This document shows, one piece after another, positions 9,781 to 19,904 of a stretch of 64,000 nucleotides of DNA. The position numbers and the translations under genes were made by a program. The notes beneath the pieces were generated by a model. It was given only the letters and a program-made list of their open reading frames with translations, was not told where the DNA came from and did no database searches. This stretch comes from Candidatus Bathyarchaeota archaeon (lineage in GTDB: Archaea > Thermoproteota > Bathyarchaeia > 40CM-2-53-6 > RBG-13-38-9): the NCBI GenBank assembly GCA_963807605.1, contig CAWECG010000005.1:11761-75760 (forward strand), read 5' to 3'. The first letter of the stretch is position 1. Every line of letters starts with the position of its first letter.

Positions 9781-11193
9781 ATGTTCAGCTCGCATGGTTA
9801 TCCGACGCGCGTCCTATTGATTGGATTGACCGTGAGGCTGTTACTCGCCCCTTTCTTCGTTCAATCTTATGATTTTGTTCATCTCTACTACTCCGCGTTT
9901 GACATCGTGAAGGGCATCAACCCATATGTTGTATACGATTTCGCCTACCCGCCTGTCATGCTGTACGTATTGTCTTTCCTAACCATCATCTACTTTAGAG
10001 CTGGCTTATTCTTGGAGAATTTAGGTTGGCCTTCTGCAATAGATTGGCCGCCTTCACTGTTCAAAGCTGCGTTCATCTCGACTCCACTTATCGGGTTCGA
10101 TGTCCCCCCACCTTTATTTAATCTTGTCTTCAAGATCCCGATTTTAGTGGCAGACACGGCGGTTGCAATACTTCTCTACAAGATCTGCTACATGCAAATG
10201 ATGGACATAGGTCTTGCCAAGAAATCCATGCTGCTATGGTATCTTAACCCTCTCACAATCTGGATGAGTTCAATACATGGCGCCTTCGATTCGGTAGCTG
10301 TTTTTTTTGCACTATTTGCATTCTACCTTCTAATCAGGAACCGATACTGTCTCGGCGCTTTCTCCCTCGGCATAGGTACTCTAACTAAGTTGTACCCCGC
10401 TTTCATCATTCCGGTAGCCTTTTCTTGGAGTCTCAGAGCCAAGCGCGCTTATTTGTTCGCGGCAGGTTTGGCAACTTCTCTTATTATCTGCCTAGCTCCA
10501 CTTTTCATGACCGACAGTAAGTCTTTCTACTACGTTCTTTTTGGAACACGAAGTTCCACTCTTTTCGTGGGCGGCCTCAATCCATGGGGGGTAAAATACC
10601 TATATCAACCAATAGAGTTGTGGACATCTGCTAATCCACAGGCAATCTTTCTGACAATGAGTTTCCTTCTTGGATTCTCAATTCTACTGATCTGTATGAG
10701 AGCATGGAGAAAACCTCCCAAACAGAACATTGTCGAGATGAATCATTTTGTATTGGCGTCGTTGGCGGCGGTATACATTTTTTCTCCCGTAATAATCCAG
10801 GCACAGTACGCACTTTGGGCACTTCCCTTTCTAATAATAAACTGCATGCCCTTCTACAGTAACCATTCATCTTCCTATGCACTCAAGATTCAGACTTTCG
10901 CATCGAGGTTCAAGTTCACTATACAACACAAGTTCTCATACGTATTCTACCTTCACTTATTCTGGATGTCAGCCTTAGCCTTCGAAATCTCTCTGCAGGC
11001 TTTTTCTGTGGCCCTCCCAATTGTTCTGAGGACGGGCTTTTCAATGGATTTCTTCTCTGCGGTAATGGAATACTGGGTTGTCCATTCTGTCTACATTAGA
11101 GCGCTCATCTTCTTCTTGTCAGCCATGTTCTTTACAATCTCTTACCTCATTGCCCTGACGGCACCAAGACAATATCCATATTCAGCGAATTAG
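9781..11193 (+). CDS. Polytopic GT-C glycosyltransferase (GT87/PIG-M-like)
   Basis: YD, YPP, KIP...D, WYLNP, HGAFD, KLYP and QY.LW motifs; paralogous to 1986-3350. Confidence 0.75.
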   Translation: MFSSHGYPTRVLLIGLTVRLLLAPFFVQSYDFVHLYYSAFDIVKGINPYVVYDFAYPPVMLYVLSFLTIIYFRAGLFLENLGWPSAIDWPPSLFKAAFISTPLIGFDVPPPLFNLVFKIPILVADTAVAILLYKICYMQMMDIGLAKKSMLLWYLNPLTIWMSSIHGAFDSVAVFFALFAFYLLIRNRYCLGAFSLGIGTLTKLYPAFIIPVAFSWSLRAKRAYLFAAGLATSLIICLAPLFMTDSKSFYYVLFGTRSSTLFVGGLNPWGVKYLYQPIELWTSANPQAIFLTMSFLLGFSILLICMRAWRKPPKQNIVEMNHFVLASLAAVYIFSPVIIQAQYALWALPFLIINCMPFYSNHSSSYALKIQTFASRFKFTIQHKFSYVFYLHLFWMSALAFEISLQAFSVALPIVLRTGFSMDFFSAVMEYWVVHSVYIRALIFFLSAMFFTISYLIALTAPRQYPYSAN

Positions 11194-11329
11194 TGTACAA
11201 TCGTTAGGTCTAGAGCCTAGACCAGACAAACCTGTCTCAAAAGCTCTAATCAAATGCGCTTAGGTGGACGGCCCTTTTTTAGATCCGGCAGAATAGCGTC
11301 CACTCAATTTAAATTCTGCATACAAAACA

Positions 11330-12439
11330 TTGTACCGACCACGATACACAGAGCGAGCTATTTTGGTCGAAGCTGCCCCTAGAGTTGCGGTCATCGTAAT
11401 CAACTATAATGGAAAGAGGTGGCTGGATCGATGCTTGGGCAGTCTGGCAAAGACGAATTATCCGAATTACTCCGTATATCTGGTTGATAATGCAAGCACA
11501 GATGGATCTGTCAATCACGTCCGAGCAAGTTTCCCTTGGGTCAAGATTATTCAACTCCAGAAGAACTTCGGTTTCGCGAGAGGCTACAATCTCGCGATGA
11601 AGTATGTCGAGGCGGAGTATGTTGCTCTTTTGAACAATGACACCGAGATCCTAGAACCGAATTGGCTAGGGATAATGGTGAGCGTAGCCGAGAAAGATAG
11701 CCTAGTTGGCGCAATAGCATGCAAGATTGTATTCCTTTCAAATCCAGCTATACTGAACTCTGTGGGAGGTTTCGGCATACCATATTGGCGCGGTACAGCC
11801 GACTTAGGCTATGGCGAGATAGATCAGGGGCAGTTCGATAACCCACCGATCGAGCCTTTCTCTTTTTGTGGTGGAGCCGCCCTGATCCGGCTGGGCCTCT
11901 TCCGTGAAGCTGAGGGCTTCGACGAATCCTTTTTCGCTTTCTTTGAGGACACCGATTTCTCTTGGAGACTTCGAATTAGAGGTTATCGAATTGTTTATGT
12001 TCCAGGCGCCAAGGTTGCTCACTACTCTTCTGGGACTTGGTCGAATGAGACGGAGAAGACGTATCTCTGCAAGAGGAATTTGTTTCGGTCAATTCTAAAG
12101 AATTGTAGCAGAGACGTCCTGTTACGCTGGGCCCTTCCGTATTATCTGCTATTCACGATCATGGCTTCAATATCTTACCTGATTGTCGAACATGCCCCAC
12201 TGATGTCATTGGCACTTTTGAAGAACATTCTGTGGAATGTTTGGCACTTGAAGACCACTTATAGGAAACGAAAGCTGATACAAATGGCTCGTGAGATTGA
12301 AGATGAAATGATCCTTGTGGCAATGTACCCGCCTAGACTGTTACGAAGTCCTAGACGTGATTCCCTTGAATCCCTTCTAGGAGATACTATATTCGGCATA
12401 CCGCCCAAACATTGGGCACCTCTGTCACAGACCCGCTAA
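11330..12439 (+). CDS. GT2 glycosyltransferase
   Basis: VAVIVINYNG, VDNASTDGS, NFGFARG.N, LLNND, FFEDTD. Confidence 0.9.
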   Translation: MYRPRYTERAILVEAAPRVAVIVINYNGKRWLDRCLGSLAKTNYPNYSVYLVDNASTDGSVNHVRASFPWVKIIQLQKNFGFARGYNLAMKYVEAEYVALLNNDTEILEPNWLGIMVSVAEKDSLVGAIACKIVFLSNPAILNSVGGFGIPYWRGTADLGYGEIDQGQFDNPPIEPFSFCGGAALIRLGLFREAEGFDESFFAFFEDTDFSWRLRIRGYRIVYVPGAKVAHYSSGTWSNETEKTYLCKRNLFRSILKNCSRDVLLRWALPYYLLFTIMASISYLIVEHAPLMSLALLKNILWNVWHLKTTYRKRKLIQMAREIEDEMILVAMYPPRLLRSPRRDSLESLLGDTIFGIPPKHWAPLSQTR

Positions 12440-12569
12440 GTGAGCGCTTTTTTCTCAACTAACTAAAATAGGGAGGGTAATAATGTGAATGACTGTTGAA
12501 AAGGTAATGTTTTGATCTCACTGCTGGGTTATAATTGGAATGGAAAGTATCCCATCTAAGATGTATGTA

Positions 12570-12582
12570 CTAGCGCGCGCTT
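12570..12582. repeat. GC-palindrome junction motif CTAGCGCGCGCTT (intergenic)
   Basis: Same motif as the demonstrable junction fillers at 20251, 20399 and 21221. Confidence 0.6.
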
Positions 12583-12695
12583 ACATTTTGGTGTGTTTCC
12601 AATGGAAGCGCAGGCGCAGTCGAACGAACTCAACGGGAACAACTAGCAAATCAGAAGACGATTAGGGTGCGGGTACTCGATGGCATCCGTCTTCT

Positions 12696-13664
12696 TTACG
12701 TGTTCAGTCTCTTACTCTCTTTCCATTCCACAAACCTTCTGAGTCCCTCTTTTAGGGAGAACTTGGGTTGGTAACCTAACACCCTCTTCGCTTTGGTTAT
12801 GTCCCCGCAACTGTGCCTAACATCCCCACGTCTAGGCTCATCATGGTTCGGTTTAACCCGCGTTACATTCATTACATCCATCAACGTTTCCGTCAACTGA
12901 TTTATCGTTGCAGCGAGTCCGGTTCCCACGTTGATCACCTCTCCGGGAGCCTCTTTAGATACTGAAGCAAGAACCTGCGCTTCAACAACGTCTTCTACAT
13001 ACGCAAAGTCCCTTGTCTGTTCACCATCACCATGGATGATAGGCGGTTCGCTTCTAAACAGCCTATCAACAAGCTTCGCTATGACTCCACTGTACTCTCC
13101 GGACACCTGCCTGGGACCGTAGACGTTAAAGAGACGAAGAGAGACCGTTCCGAGGCCGTAAACCTCATGGAACGCCTTGCAATATGCTTCAGCTGAAGCT
13201 TTGGAAGCGGCATAAGGAGAAAGAGGGGAAGATGGTAAGCCCTCATGCTGAGGCGTAACATTGGAATCTCCGTAGACTGCACATGAAGAAGCAAGAATGA
13301 ATCTTCCAAGATTTGAGTTGAGGCTAGCCTCTAGCAGATTCAATGTGCCATTTACATTCACGTCGTGAACAGATTTAGGATCCTTAACGGACAGGGGGAC
13401 TTCTATGATAGCCGCCTGGTGAAAGACGACATCGACCTCCTTGATCAGGTGTCGAACTAACTTGGGATCCCTTATGTCGCCTTTCACGAAATGAAAACTC
13501 TTCTTCCCGACATATGCTGAAAGATTTTCTTCTCTTCCAGAAACAAGATTGTCAAGAACTGTAATCTCGAGATCGTTCCTGATCAGCCTATCAACTATGT
13601 GACTGCCGATAAAGCCTGCACCGCCAGTCACTAGAGCTGTCGAATAACCCCTAGACAAAGACAA
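12696..13664 (-). CDS. NAD-dependent nucleotide-sugar epimerase/dehydratase (UDP-Glc/GlcNAc 4-epimerase-like)
   Basis: GGAGFIG, HQAA, YAASK, FNVYGP, TRDF. Confidence 0.92.
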   Translation of the reverse strand: MSLSRGYSTALVTGGAGFIGSHIVDRLIRNDLEITVLDNLVSGREENLSAYVGKKSFHFVKGDIRDPKLVRHLIKEVDVVFHQAAIIEVPLSVKDPKSVHDVNVNGTLNLLEASLNSNLGRFILASSCAVYGDSNVTPQHEGLPSSPLSPYAASKASAEAYCKAFHEVYGLGTVSLRLFNVYGPRQVSGEYSGVIAKLVDRLFRSEPPIIHGDGEQTRDFAYVEDVVEAQVLASVSKEAPGEVINVGTGLAATINQLTETLMDVMNVTRVKPNHDEPRRGDVRHSCGDITKAKRVLGYQPKFSLKEGLRRFVEWKESKRLNT

Positions 13665-13719
13665 TAATCCCCTTCCAAAGCACCAATCAAACCAGTTCGG
13701 GAACCATGATTACACCAAT

Positions 13720-14105
13720 TCAGAGGCTCATGAACGCGTTTTCGCCAGCCATCAGCTTTTATCCTTTAGGCAAATTTGTATCCGCAGAACAATCTTGGAA
13801 TTGGTGCCTATCAGACTGTCGACTATTTGCTTCCCACATTGAATGATTGAGTTATCCAGGACTATTGTATTCTCTATCTCGCCGCCGTCAATGACAACAT
13901 TGTCAACGATGGATGTGTAACGTCCGATATATGTTCCAGCGCCGATCTCGCAATTCTTACCTATAATCTCAGGGCTTCTAACGCAACATCCTTTAGGAAT
14001 CACTGTTCCCTCACAAACGCCAACCCTGCCCATTATGGTCATCTCAGCCTCAACCTTACCCCTATTGAACAGCTCCAGCTCTGATAGAACAAGCTGGTTT
14101 GCTTC
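13720..14105 (-). pseudogene. C-terminal fragment of a glucose-1-phosphate thymidylyltransferase (RmlA long-form paralog)
   Basis: EANQLVLSEL...IIGKNCEIG.GTYIG.YTSI...GGEIENTI...ENAFMSL aligns with the C-terminus of 51928-53001; frameshifted; starts directly after TAGCGCGC. Confidence 0.85.
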
Positions 14106-14143
14106 GCGCGCTAAAAGACTGAGCGGTTTACCAAGAAAGGTGT

Positions 14144-15259
14144 CTATGTCGACAAACCTTTGCGCCCAATGTTCCTCCATATCACCATCTCCAAGAAAGC
14201 CTCTCTTAAACCACTCATAAAAGAGGTATTGGCGCACGCTAGTATGCGCCGTAGGTAAACGTGTTCAGAAGGCTCACACTTCTTAATGGGCAGGTACATG
14301 CTGGAAAGTATCTCCTCCTCGCTAGTAACTCTACTGGCCTGCACTCTTAGCCGCCAAGCATATGTATACCTGAAATTGAGCAGATTCCACAGGATCGCTC
14401 TTGCGACCACGATCGCCTTCCTAGGCTCATAGATTAAGAAGCCTGCAGCGGCTATTAGGCTCAAAAGAAAATAGCTGTTTAGAGCCCAAGGGAGTGAGGA
14501 GCCGCAATTTTTGAGGATCGCAGTCAAAAGATGTCTATGACAATAGTAGAGCCTACGTGTGTTCACGGTCTTATCTCCGAATGTACCAGAGAAATAGTGG
14601 GCAACCTTGGCTTCAGGTGCAAAAGCTACACAATATCCTAAGAGTCTCAGCCGCCAACACAATTCGGGTTCTTCACTAAAAAGGAAGAACCTGCCATCAA
14701 AGCCTCCAACCTTTACAAAGATGTTCCTCCTGATCAGGGCAGCCGCCCCACAGAATGAGAAAGGTTCGAAACTCCCAGAGTCATACTGCCTTTGGTCAAG
14801 CTCTTTTCGCCCTATGTCAACGAAGCCTCTCCAGAAGGGTATTCCCATTCCCCCAACTGAGTCCAGTCGTGAGTGATCCTCCATTGAGACCAACTTGGAA
14901 GCGACAGCAGCGATTCTTGAATCTGCTGTAGCGGCATCAACTAAACACTTAACCCAACTCGTATTCAAAACCTGAGTGTCAGTATTCATTAGCAGAACAT
15001 AATCAGCCTCAACCTTCTCTATTGCTCTGTCATATCCCTCTGCATAACCCAAGTTCCTTCCGTAGCGGATTATCTTAACCCCTGGAAAACGTTTCTGAAC
15101 ATAATCCACAGATTCATCGGTACTCCCATTATCCACCAAGTAAATGTCTAGGTTTGGATAATCAGTATTAGCGATGCTTGATAGACAGTTGGGTAGCCAC
15201 CTCAATCCATTATAGTTAAGTACCATCACTGCAACACGCACGCATGCTCCACCAACCAA
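14144..15259 (-). CDS. GT2 glycosyltransferase, paralog of 11330-12439; C-terminal tail probably scrambled
   Basis: VAVMVLNYNG, VGGMGIPFWRG, EPFSFCG shared with 11330-12439; a TAGCGTGCGC motif sits at 14232-14241 near the end. Confidence 0.85.
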   Translation of the reverse strand: MVGGACVRVAVMVLNYNGLRWLPNCLSSIANTDYPNLDIYLVDNGSTDESVDYVQKRFPGVKIIRYGRNLGYAEGYDRAIEKVEADYVLLMNTDTQVLNTSWVKCLVDAATADSRIAAVASKLVSMEDHSRLDSVGGMGIPFWRGFVDIGRKELDQRQYDSGSFEPFSFCGAAALIRRNIFVKVGGFDGRFFLFSEEPELCWRLRLLGYCVAFAPEAKVAHYFSGTFGDKTVNTRRLYYCHRHLLTAILKNCGSSLPWALNSYFLLSLIAAAGFLIYEPRKAIVVARAILWNLLNFRYTYAWRLRVQASRVTSEEEILSSMYLPIKKCEPSEHVYLRRILACANTSFMSGLREAFLEMVIWRNIGRKGLST

Positions 15260-15426
15260 AGACCCTCCAATCAGGTTCAGTCACCTACTCAATATTCGGA
15301 TTATGGGAACCGCCCGCCGGCGTTGCCAATATGATGCCAATCTTCCACCAACCTTCCATTGTGAGTATAGAAGCCTTTCTGAATCATGGACCCCAGCGCG
15401 CGTAATCCTCCCTCCCTCAGCGCACG

Positions 15427-15590
15427 CTCCTTCCATTGTAGTTGATGACAACTACAGCGACTTCTGCAATCTTGGTCAATTTGCCTCTCTCTGCACCCGG
15501 GTTGTCTCAGGGTTCAAGCGCTGTGCGATATTTAATGGAAGTTTGGGTAGCCTATACTGATATTGTTATTTCATTCTTTCCACCTGACCA
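15427..15590 (-). repeat. 164-bp dispersed repeat, copy 1 (upstream region plus first codons of a GT2 gene)
   Basis: Near-identical to 19412-19575; encodes TTG-TKIAEVAVVVINYNGR on the minus strand and is cut at AGCGCACG. Confidence 0.9.
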
Positions 15591-15723
15591 TGTGAGAGGA
15601 CCTAGACCGAGTCGTTAAAACGATGGTTGATGGTTCTTCCGTTCTTGGATAGGGAGTCACCATTAAGGACAGGGCTAAGTGAGCCCCGCCTTGGAACCTC
15701 CCCATTTGCGCGACCTTTTGCCC

Positions 15724-15975
15724 ATGAATGTTGAAGGCCTGATCGCTCACCTGATAAGCGCTGTATTCCGTAATTGGCTACATGAAGAATTTAAACTCAG
15801 GGAGGATCATGTCAAGAACATAGAAGAATTGCTGCAATTCAGAAACGTAGAGATCCAAGAGATCCACAAAAGCATAAGTTGGCAGATCCTGAGAAAGTAC
15901 GAGAATTTTCTACACAAATTATTCCCTTTAGGCACTAGGAGAAGACATTACTATGAACTGATACTCGGAGGCCTC
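15724..15975 (+). pseudogene. Orphan coiled-coil/linker fragment of a WsaE-like glycosyltransferase
   Basis: IHKSISWQILRKY...LFPLGTRRRHYYE resembles IEGSLGWQLILGYRQ...LPPKSLRRRILE of 22363-25368. Confidence 0.6.
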
Positions 15976-16108
15976 AGATCGGGTCCAAGCCCTTTAGAAA
16001 GAGCGCTTGATCAAAATAAGAAGACCGACAATATACATTTAAGTGAAAATCGCGACCAACATTCGAGTTCTGAATGATATCGAGGAGTAGAATAGAGGAT
16101 CTATCTGC

Positions 16109-19084
16109 ATGAGATCTGGATTGAATCGAAGACTCCCATTTGATATGTTCCAGAGGTACATGCTTACAAAGGAGATCATCGATGCCGTCAAGGGAATTCG
16201 AAACGCGGCTATCTTGGATGTCGGCGGTCATCCAGGCGTCATTTCAGACTTTTTGCCCATGGATGAAACGTACGTTATAGACTTGAAGGTTTGCAGGAAG
16301 AGAAATTTCATAAGAGCCGACTGTCAATTCTTGCCCTTTAGGAGCAGAGTTTTCGATGCCGTTACCAGCATCGATGTTTTGGATCATCTTCCTAAAGGAA
16401 AACGTCTTCCAGTTCTGTACGAACTACTTAGAGTGAGCAGACGCTTCGTAGCCATAGCCGCCCCTTTTGATTCGGAAGACGTGAGAAGGGCAGAAGATAC
16501 TCTCTACGACTACGTCGTGAATGTGCTTAGACGAGAGGACGAGAATCTCAGGGAGCACGCCATGTATGGCCTTCCGAATCTAAATGAGCTCCGAAATTTC
16601 CTCGATTCCCAGAAGCTAGTTCATTTGGAGTTCTCAAACGGTTTCTTGAGCAGCTGGCTTCCAATGCAAATGTTGAACTTTCGCATCTCAAGTCCAGAAG
16701 TCTATCAACGGGTGAACCAACTTTACAACTTTGCATTCTACCAGTACGACAATCTAGAACCCTCCTATCGAAAAATCATATTGATCGACAAAATTTCTAA
16801 GGACTCAACAGAACTTTCAGCTAGGACTGAGTCCATTAAGAAGAGAGAACTGGAAGACCGCTCATCGGAGAAACTCGAGCTCCTTCAGCGCGCACGCGCT
16901 AAGCTTGCCCTGGCTCTGGGCATCGCTCTGGATGAAGGTTTGCAGGGCCTATTTCGAAAGACCGTCGATCATTATGTTAAGCGACGTAAGCAATTCTTTG
17001 AGCTTGATCGTGATGAACAGTATCAGATATGGCTAAAGAACAATGACTTGACTGAAAAGAAAGTTCTTGAAATGCAGCAGGAAATTTCAAAGCTGAGTTT
17101 CAAACCGAAGATCAGTATTGTTATGCCTGTCTACAATACGAGTGAAGAATGGCTCAAATTAGCGATAGAATCCGTTTCAAATCAATCCTATCCCAACTTG
17201 GAACTCTGCATAGTTGATGATGCCTCAACAAATGCATATGTCAGGAAGATTCTCAAGTCTTATGGCGCAAGGGATAACAGAATCAAGGTTAGATTTCTGG
17301 AAAAAAATCTCGGGATCTCTGGGGCGTCGAACGAAGCCTTAGCGATGGCTAGTGGGGATTTTGTGGGATTTTTGGACCATGATGATGAGCTTACAAAGGA
17401 TGCCCTGTTTGAGGTTGTCAAGGTTCTTGATCAGAATCCGAAATTGGATTTGATCTATAGTGATGAAGATAAGAAGGATTTGAATGACCGCAGGGTTGAG
17501 CCCTTCTTCAAGCCTGATTGGTCCCCAGACCTTTTGCTGTCTATGAACTACTTATGCCATTTCAATGTGATAAGAAAGAGCTTGATAGATGAGGTTGGCG
17601 GTTTCCGCTTGGGCTTCGAGGGTAGCCAAGATTATGATCTGTTCTTGAGGGTTACGGAGTTGACCGATAAGATTGCGCACCTTCCAAGACCTCTCTACAG
17701 CTGGCGTAAAGTTCGCGGCTCCGCTGCAGCCTCGACGGAGGCGAAGCCATACGCTCGGGAGGCTTCAAAGAAGGCCTTACGCGAGGCTATTAATAGGCGT
17801 GGGCTGTCCGGAGAAGTAACAGACGGCTTTGGCGGTCACTACCACATTCAATACTCAATCAGAGGCACACCCCTAGTGAGCATCATAATACCGACAAAGG
17901 ACCGGCTTGATCTATTGAATCGTTGCATAGAGAGCATCGAGTCAAACACATTTTACAAGAACTACGAGATAGTCATCGTTGATAACGAAAGCATCGAACC
18001 CGCTACCCTTGACTATCTTAAATCTCAACCTCATACCGTCGTAAGGTTTGAGGGCCCCTTCAACTTCTCAAAGATCAATAATTTCGGTGCTAAGCATGCT
18101 AAAGGTGAACATCTACTTTTCTTGAATAATGATGTTGAGGTTGTTGATGGGGATTGGCTGGGCGCAATGCTTGAGCACTCACAGCGTACTGAGGTCGGAA
18201 TAGTTGGGGGGCTCCTGCTATATCCTAGTGATGAAACCGTGCATGCTCCAAGCACAATTCAGCATGCAGGAGTGATCGTAGGGGTTGGAGGAGTGGCTGG
18301 GCACGCATTCAAGTACAAGCTGGCAGACGACTCTCAATACTTCGATCTACACAGGGTCATTCGAAATTGCAGTGCAGTGACGGCCGCCTGTGCAATGATG
18401 AAGCGAAACGTATTCGAGGAGGTTGGCGGGTTCGATGAGAATCTCAAGGTGGCATTCGGCGATATAGACCTCTGTCTACGTGTGAGGGAGAAGGGATACC
18501 GAATCGTCTATACACCACACGCCGTGCTGCGCCATCATGAGAGCGCAACTAGAGGCGAGATGCATCCGTTCGAGGACGAGACCTACATGATAGATCGGTG
18601 GAGAAGCTTCTTCATTAGAGGCGATCCTTACTACAACCCCAACTTGACGCTTCTCAAAGAGGACTATTCTCTTGCATCGAAAGGATCCGTCATCAGACCT
18701 CTCTCAGTGCTTTTCGACATTTACTATCTCAGACCAGATTTACGGAGGATCTGCCCTGAAGCGCGTAATGGTGATTATCAGAGGCTTATCGACTGGGCGG
18801 CCACTAGTGGCATAACAGTCGGTGCTGTGAGAGTGGCACTTCGACCCTACGGTGCCTACTATGCCTCCAATGCTTCTGATGGTGTAAAGCCGCTAGCCGC
18901 TTTGATAAATCTCTACAATTATAGGATAGAGCTCCAAAGTGGGTATCCTGAGGTTTTGAGAGGGGAATTTCGACGCTTGGTCAGCTGGGCAAATGAGGTG
19001 ATTGCTAAGACTTTTGATGATAAAGCGTATACTGCCTTGAAGCCATACGAGGCAAGCTACCGTTCACTCATGGAAAGCATATGA
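16109..19084 (+). CDS. Multidomain methyltransferase-GT2-GT2 glycosyltransferase (WsaE-like) with two C-terminal RxDL/EL...PE repeats
   Basis: ILDVGG MTase motif; ISIVMPVYN...FLDHDD...YSDEDK...FKPDWSPD...GSQDYD; VSIIIPTKD...FLNND...SAVTAAC. Confidence 0.88.
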   Translation: MRSGLNRRLPFDMFQRYMLTKEIIDAVKGIRNAAILDVGGHPGVISDFLPMDETYVIDLKVCRKRNFIRADCQFLPFRSRVFDAVTSIDVLDHLPKGKRLPVLYELLRVSRRFVAIAAPFDSEDVRRAEDTLYDYVVNVLRREDENLREHAMYGLPNLNELRNFLDSQKLVHLEFSNGFLSSWLPMQMLNFRISSPEVYQRVNQLYNFAFYQYDNLEPSYRKIILIDKISKDSTELSARTESIKKRELEDRSSEKLELLQRARAKLALALGIALDEGLQGLFRKTVDHYVKRRKQFFELDRDEQYQIWLKNNDLTEKKVLEMQQEISKLSFKPKISIVMPVYNTSEEWLKLAIESVSNQSYPNLELCIVDDASTNAYVRKILKSYGARDNRIKVRFLEKNLGISGASNEALAMASGDFVGFLDHDDELTKDALFEVVKVLDQNPKLDLIYSDEDKKDLNDRRVEPFFKPDWSPDLLLSMNYLCHFNVIRKSLIDEVGGFRLGFEGSQDYDLFLRVTELTDKIAHLPRPLYSWRKVRGSAAASTEAKPYAREASKKALREAINRRGLSGEVTDGFGGHYHIQYSIRGTPLVSIIIPTKDRLDLLNRCIESIESNTFYKNYEIVIVDNESIEPATLDYLKSQPHTVVRFEGPFNFSKINNFGAKHAKGEHLLFLNNDVEVVDGDWLGAMLEHSQRTEVGIVGGLLLYPSDETVHAPSTIQHAGVIVGVGGVAGHAFKYKLADDSQYFDLHRVIRNCSAVTAACAMMKRNVFEEVGGFDENLKVAFGDIDLCLRVREKGYRIVYTPHAVLRHHESATRGEMHPFEDETYMIDRWRSFFIRGDPYYNPNLTLLKEDYSLASKGSVIRPLSVLFDIYYLRPDLRRICPEARNGDYQRLIDWAATSGITVGAVRVALRPYGAYYASNASDGVKPLAALINLYNYRIELQSGYPEVLRGEFRRLVSWANEVIAKTFDDKAYTALKPYEASYRSLMESI

Positions 19085-19199
19085 AATTATTTCATTCATC
19101 AAAACGTGAGGCCGCTTCTTACGGAAGCGTAAGTTCGCTTCCTCCTTCCAATGTTAGGGATGCTTAGTTCTCATATACTTCGGAAGATGGATACTCACC

Positions 19200-19464
19200 C
19201 GTGCCATCATGTTTTATTATAGTTTTTTGGGACGCCATAACCGTAGGACAAGCTCCTACTTGGACTGATTGAGGAGGTTTCTGGAAAATAGCGTGTCGGA
19301 CAAGAGAATTCTCCAATCCGAAAACCATGCCACAACACTTGGGCAATGATCTCGTTATCAAAAACGAAGTTGTTAGAATTATCTGCATGGGGTCTTTATC
19401 GATGAAGCCACCTCCTTCCATTGTAGTTGATGACAACTACAGCGACTTCTGCAATCTTGGACAA
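19200..19464 (-). pseudogene. Chimeric GT2 remnants: N-terminus of one GT2 joined to the C-terminus of a DPM1-like GT2
   Basis: Translates as MSKIAEVAVVVINYNGRRWLHR* then NSNNFVFDNEIIAQVLWHGFRIGEFSCPTRYFPETSSIS. Confidence 0.7.
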
Positions 19465-19575
19465 TTTGCCTCTCTCAGCAGCCGGGTTGTCTCAGCGTTC
19501 CAGCGCTGTTTGATATTGAATGGAAGTTTGGGTAGCCTATACTGATATTGTTATCTCATCCTTTCCGTCTGACCA
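19412..19575 (-). repeat. 164-bp dispersed repeat, copy 2
   Basis: Matches 15427-15590; identity stops exactly at GCGCGCG 19576-19582. Confidence 0.9.
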
Positions 19576-19904
19576 GCGCGCGTTCCTAGCTTTACAGGCT
19601 AGTAGAGCTCAGCGATTCGACTCCCCACTTTCCACCTCACAGCTCCGGATGTGTCCGGCCGTCGCCTGTCCATGCAGACTATTGATCGAAGAGGCGCGGT
19701 CAGATACTTAAGTGCAGAGGCGATGTCATCGGAGGAGTCCCCAGGCAAGCCCGACACTTGTTTCGGCCAGTATTCCCGAGGAGACAAATTCTCACGACGC
19801 ATCGGTGCAAGAGACACAAGCCAGTTCCGTAAGAATGCTTTCTGAGTTCTCAGAAATATATAGAACAACCAGATGAGTCACACAATATGATCTAGCTAGC
19901 AACA

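Noticed and set aside
13752-14237. 161-aa ORF as a real gene
   Set aside because: It is a chimera of GT2 3' sequence and an rmlA fragment joined at a GC motif.
15600-15715. Possible structured ncRNA or IS110 non-coding end
   Set aside because: The resemblance is vague, with no second copy or adjacent transposase to support it.
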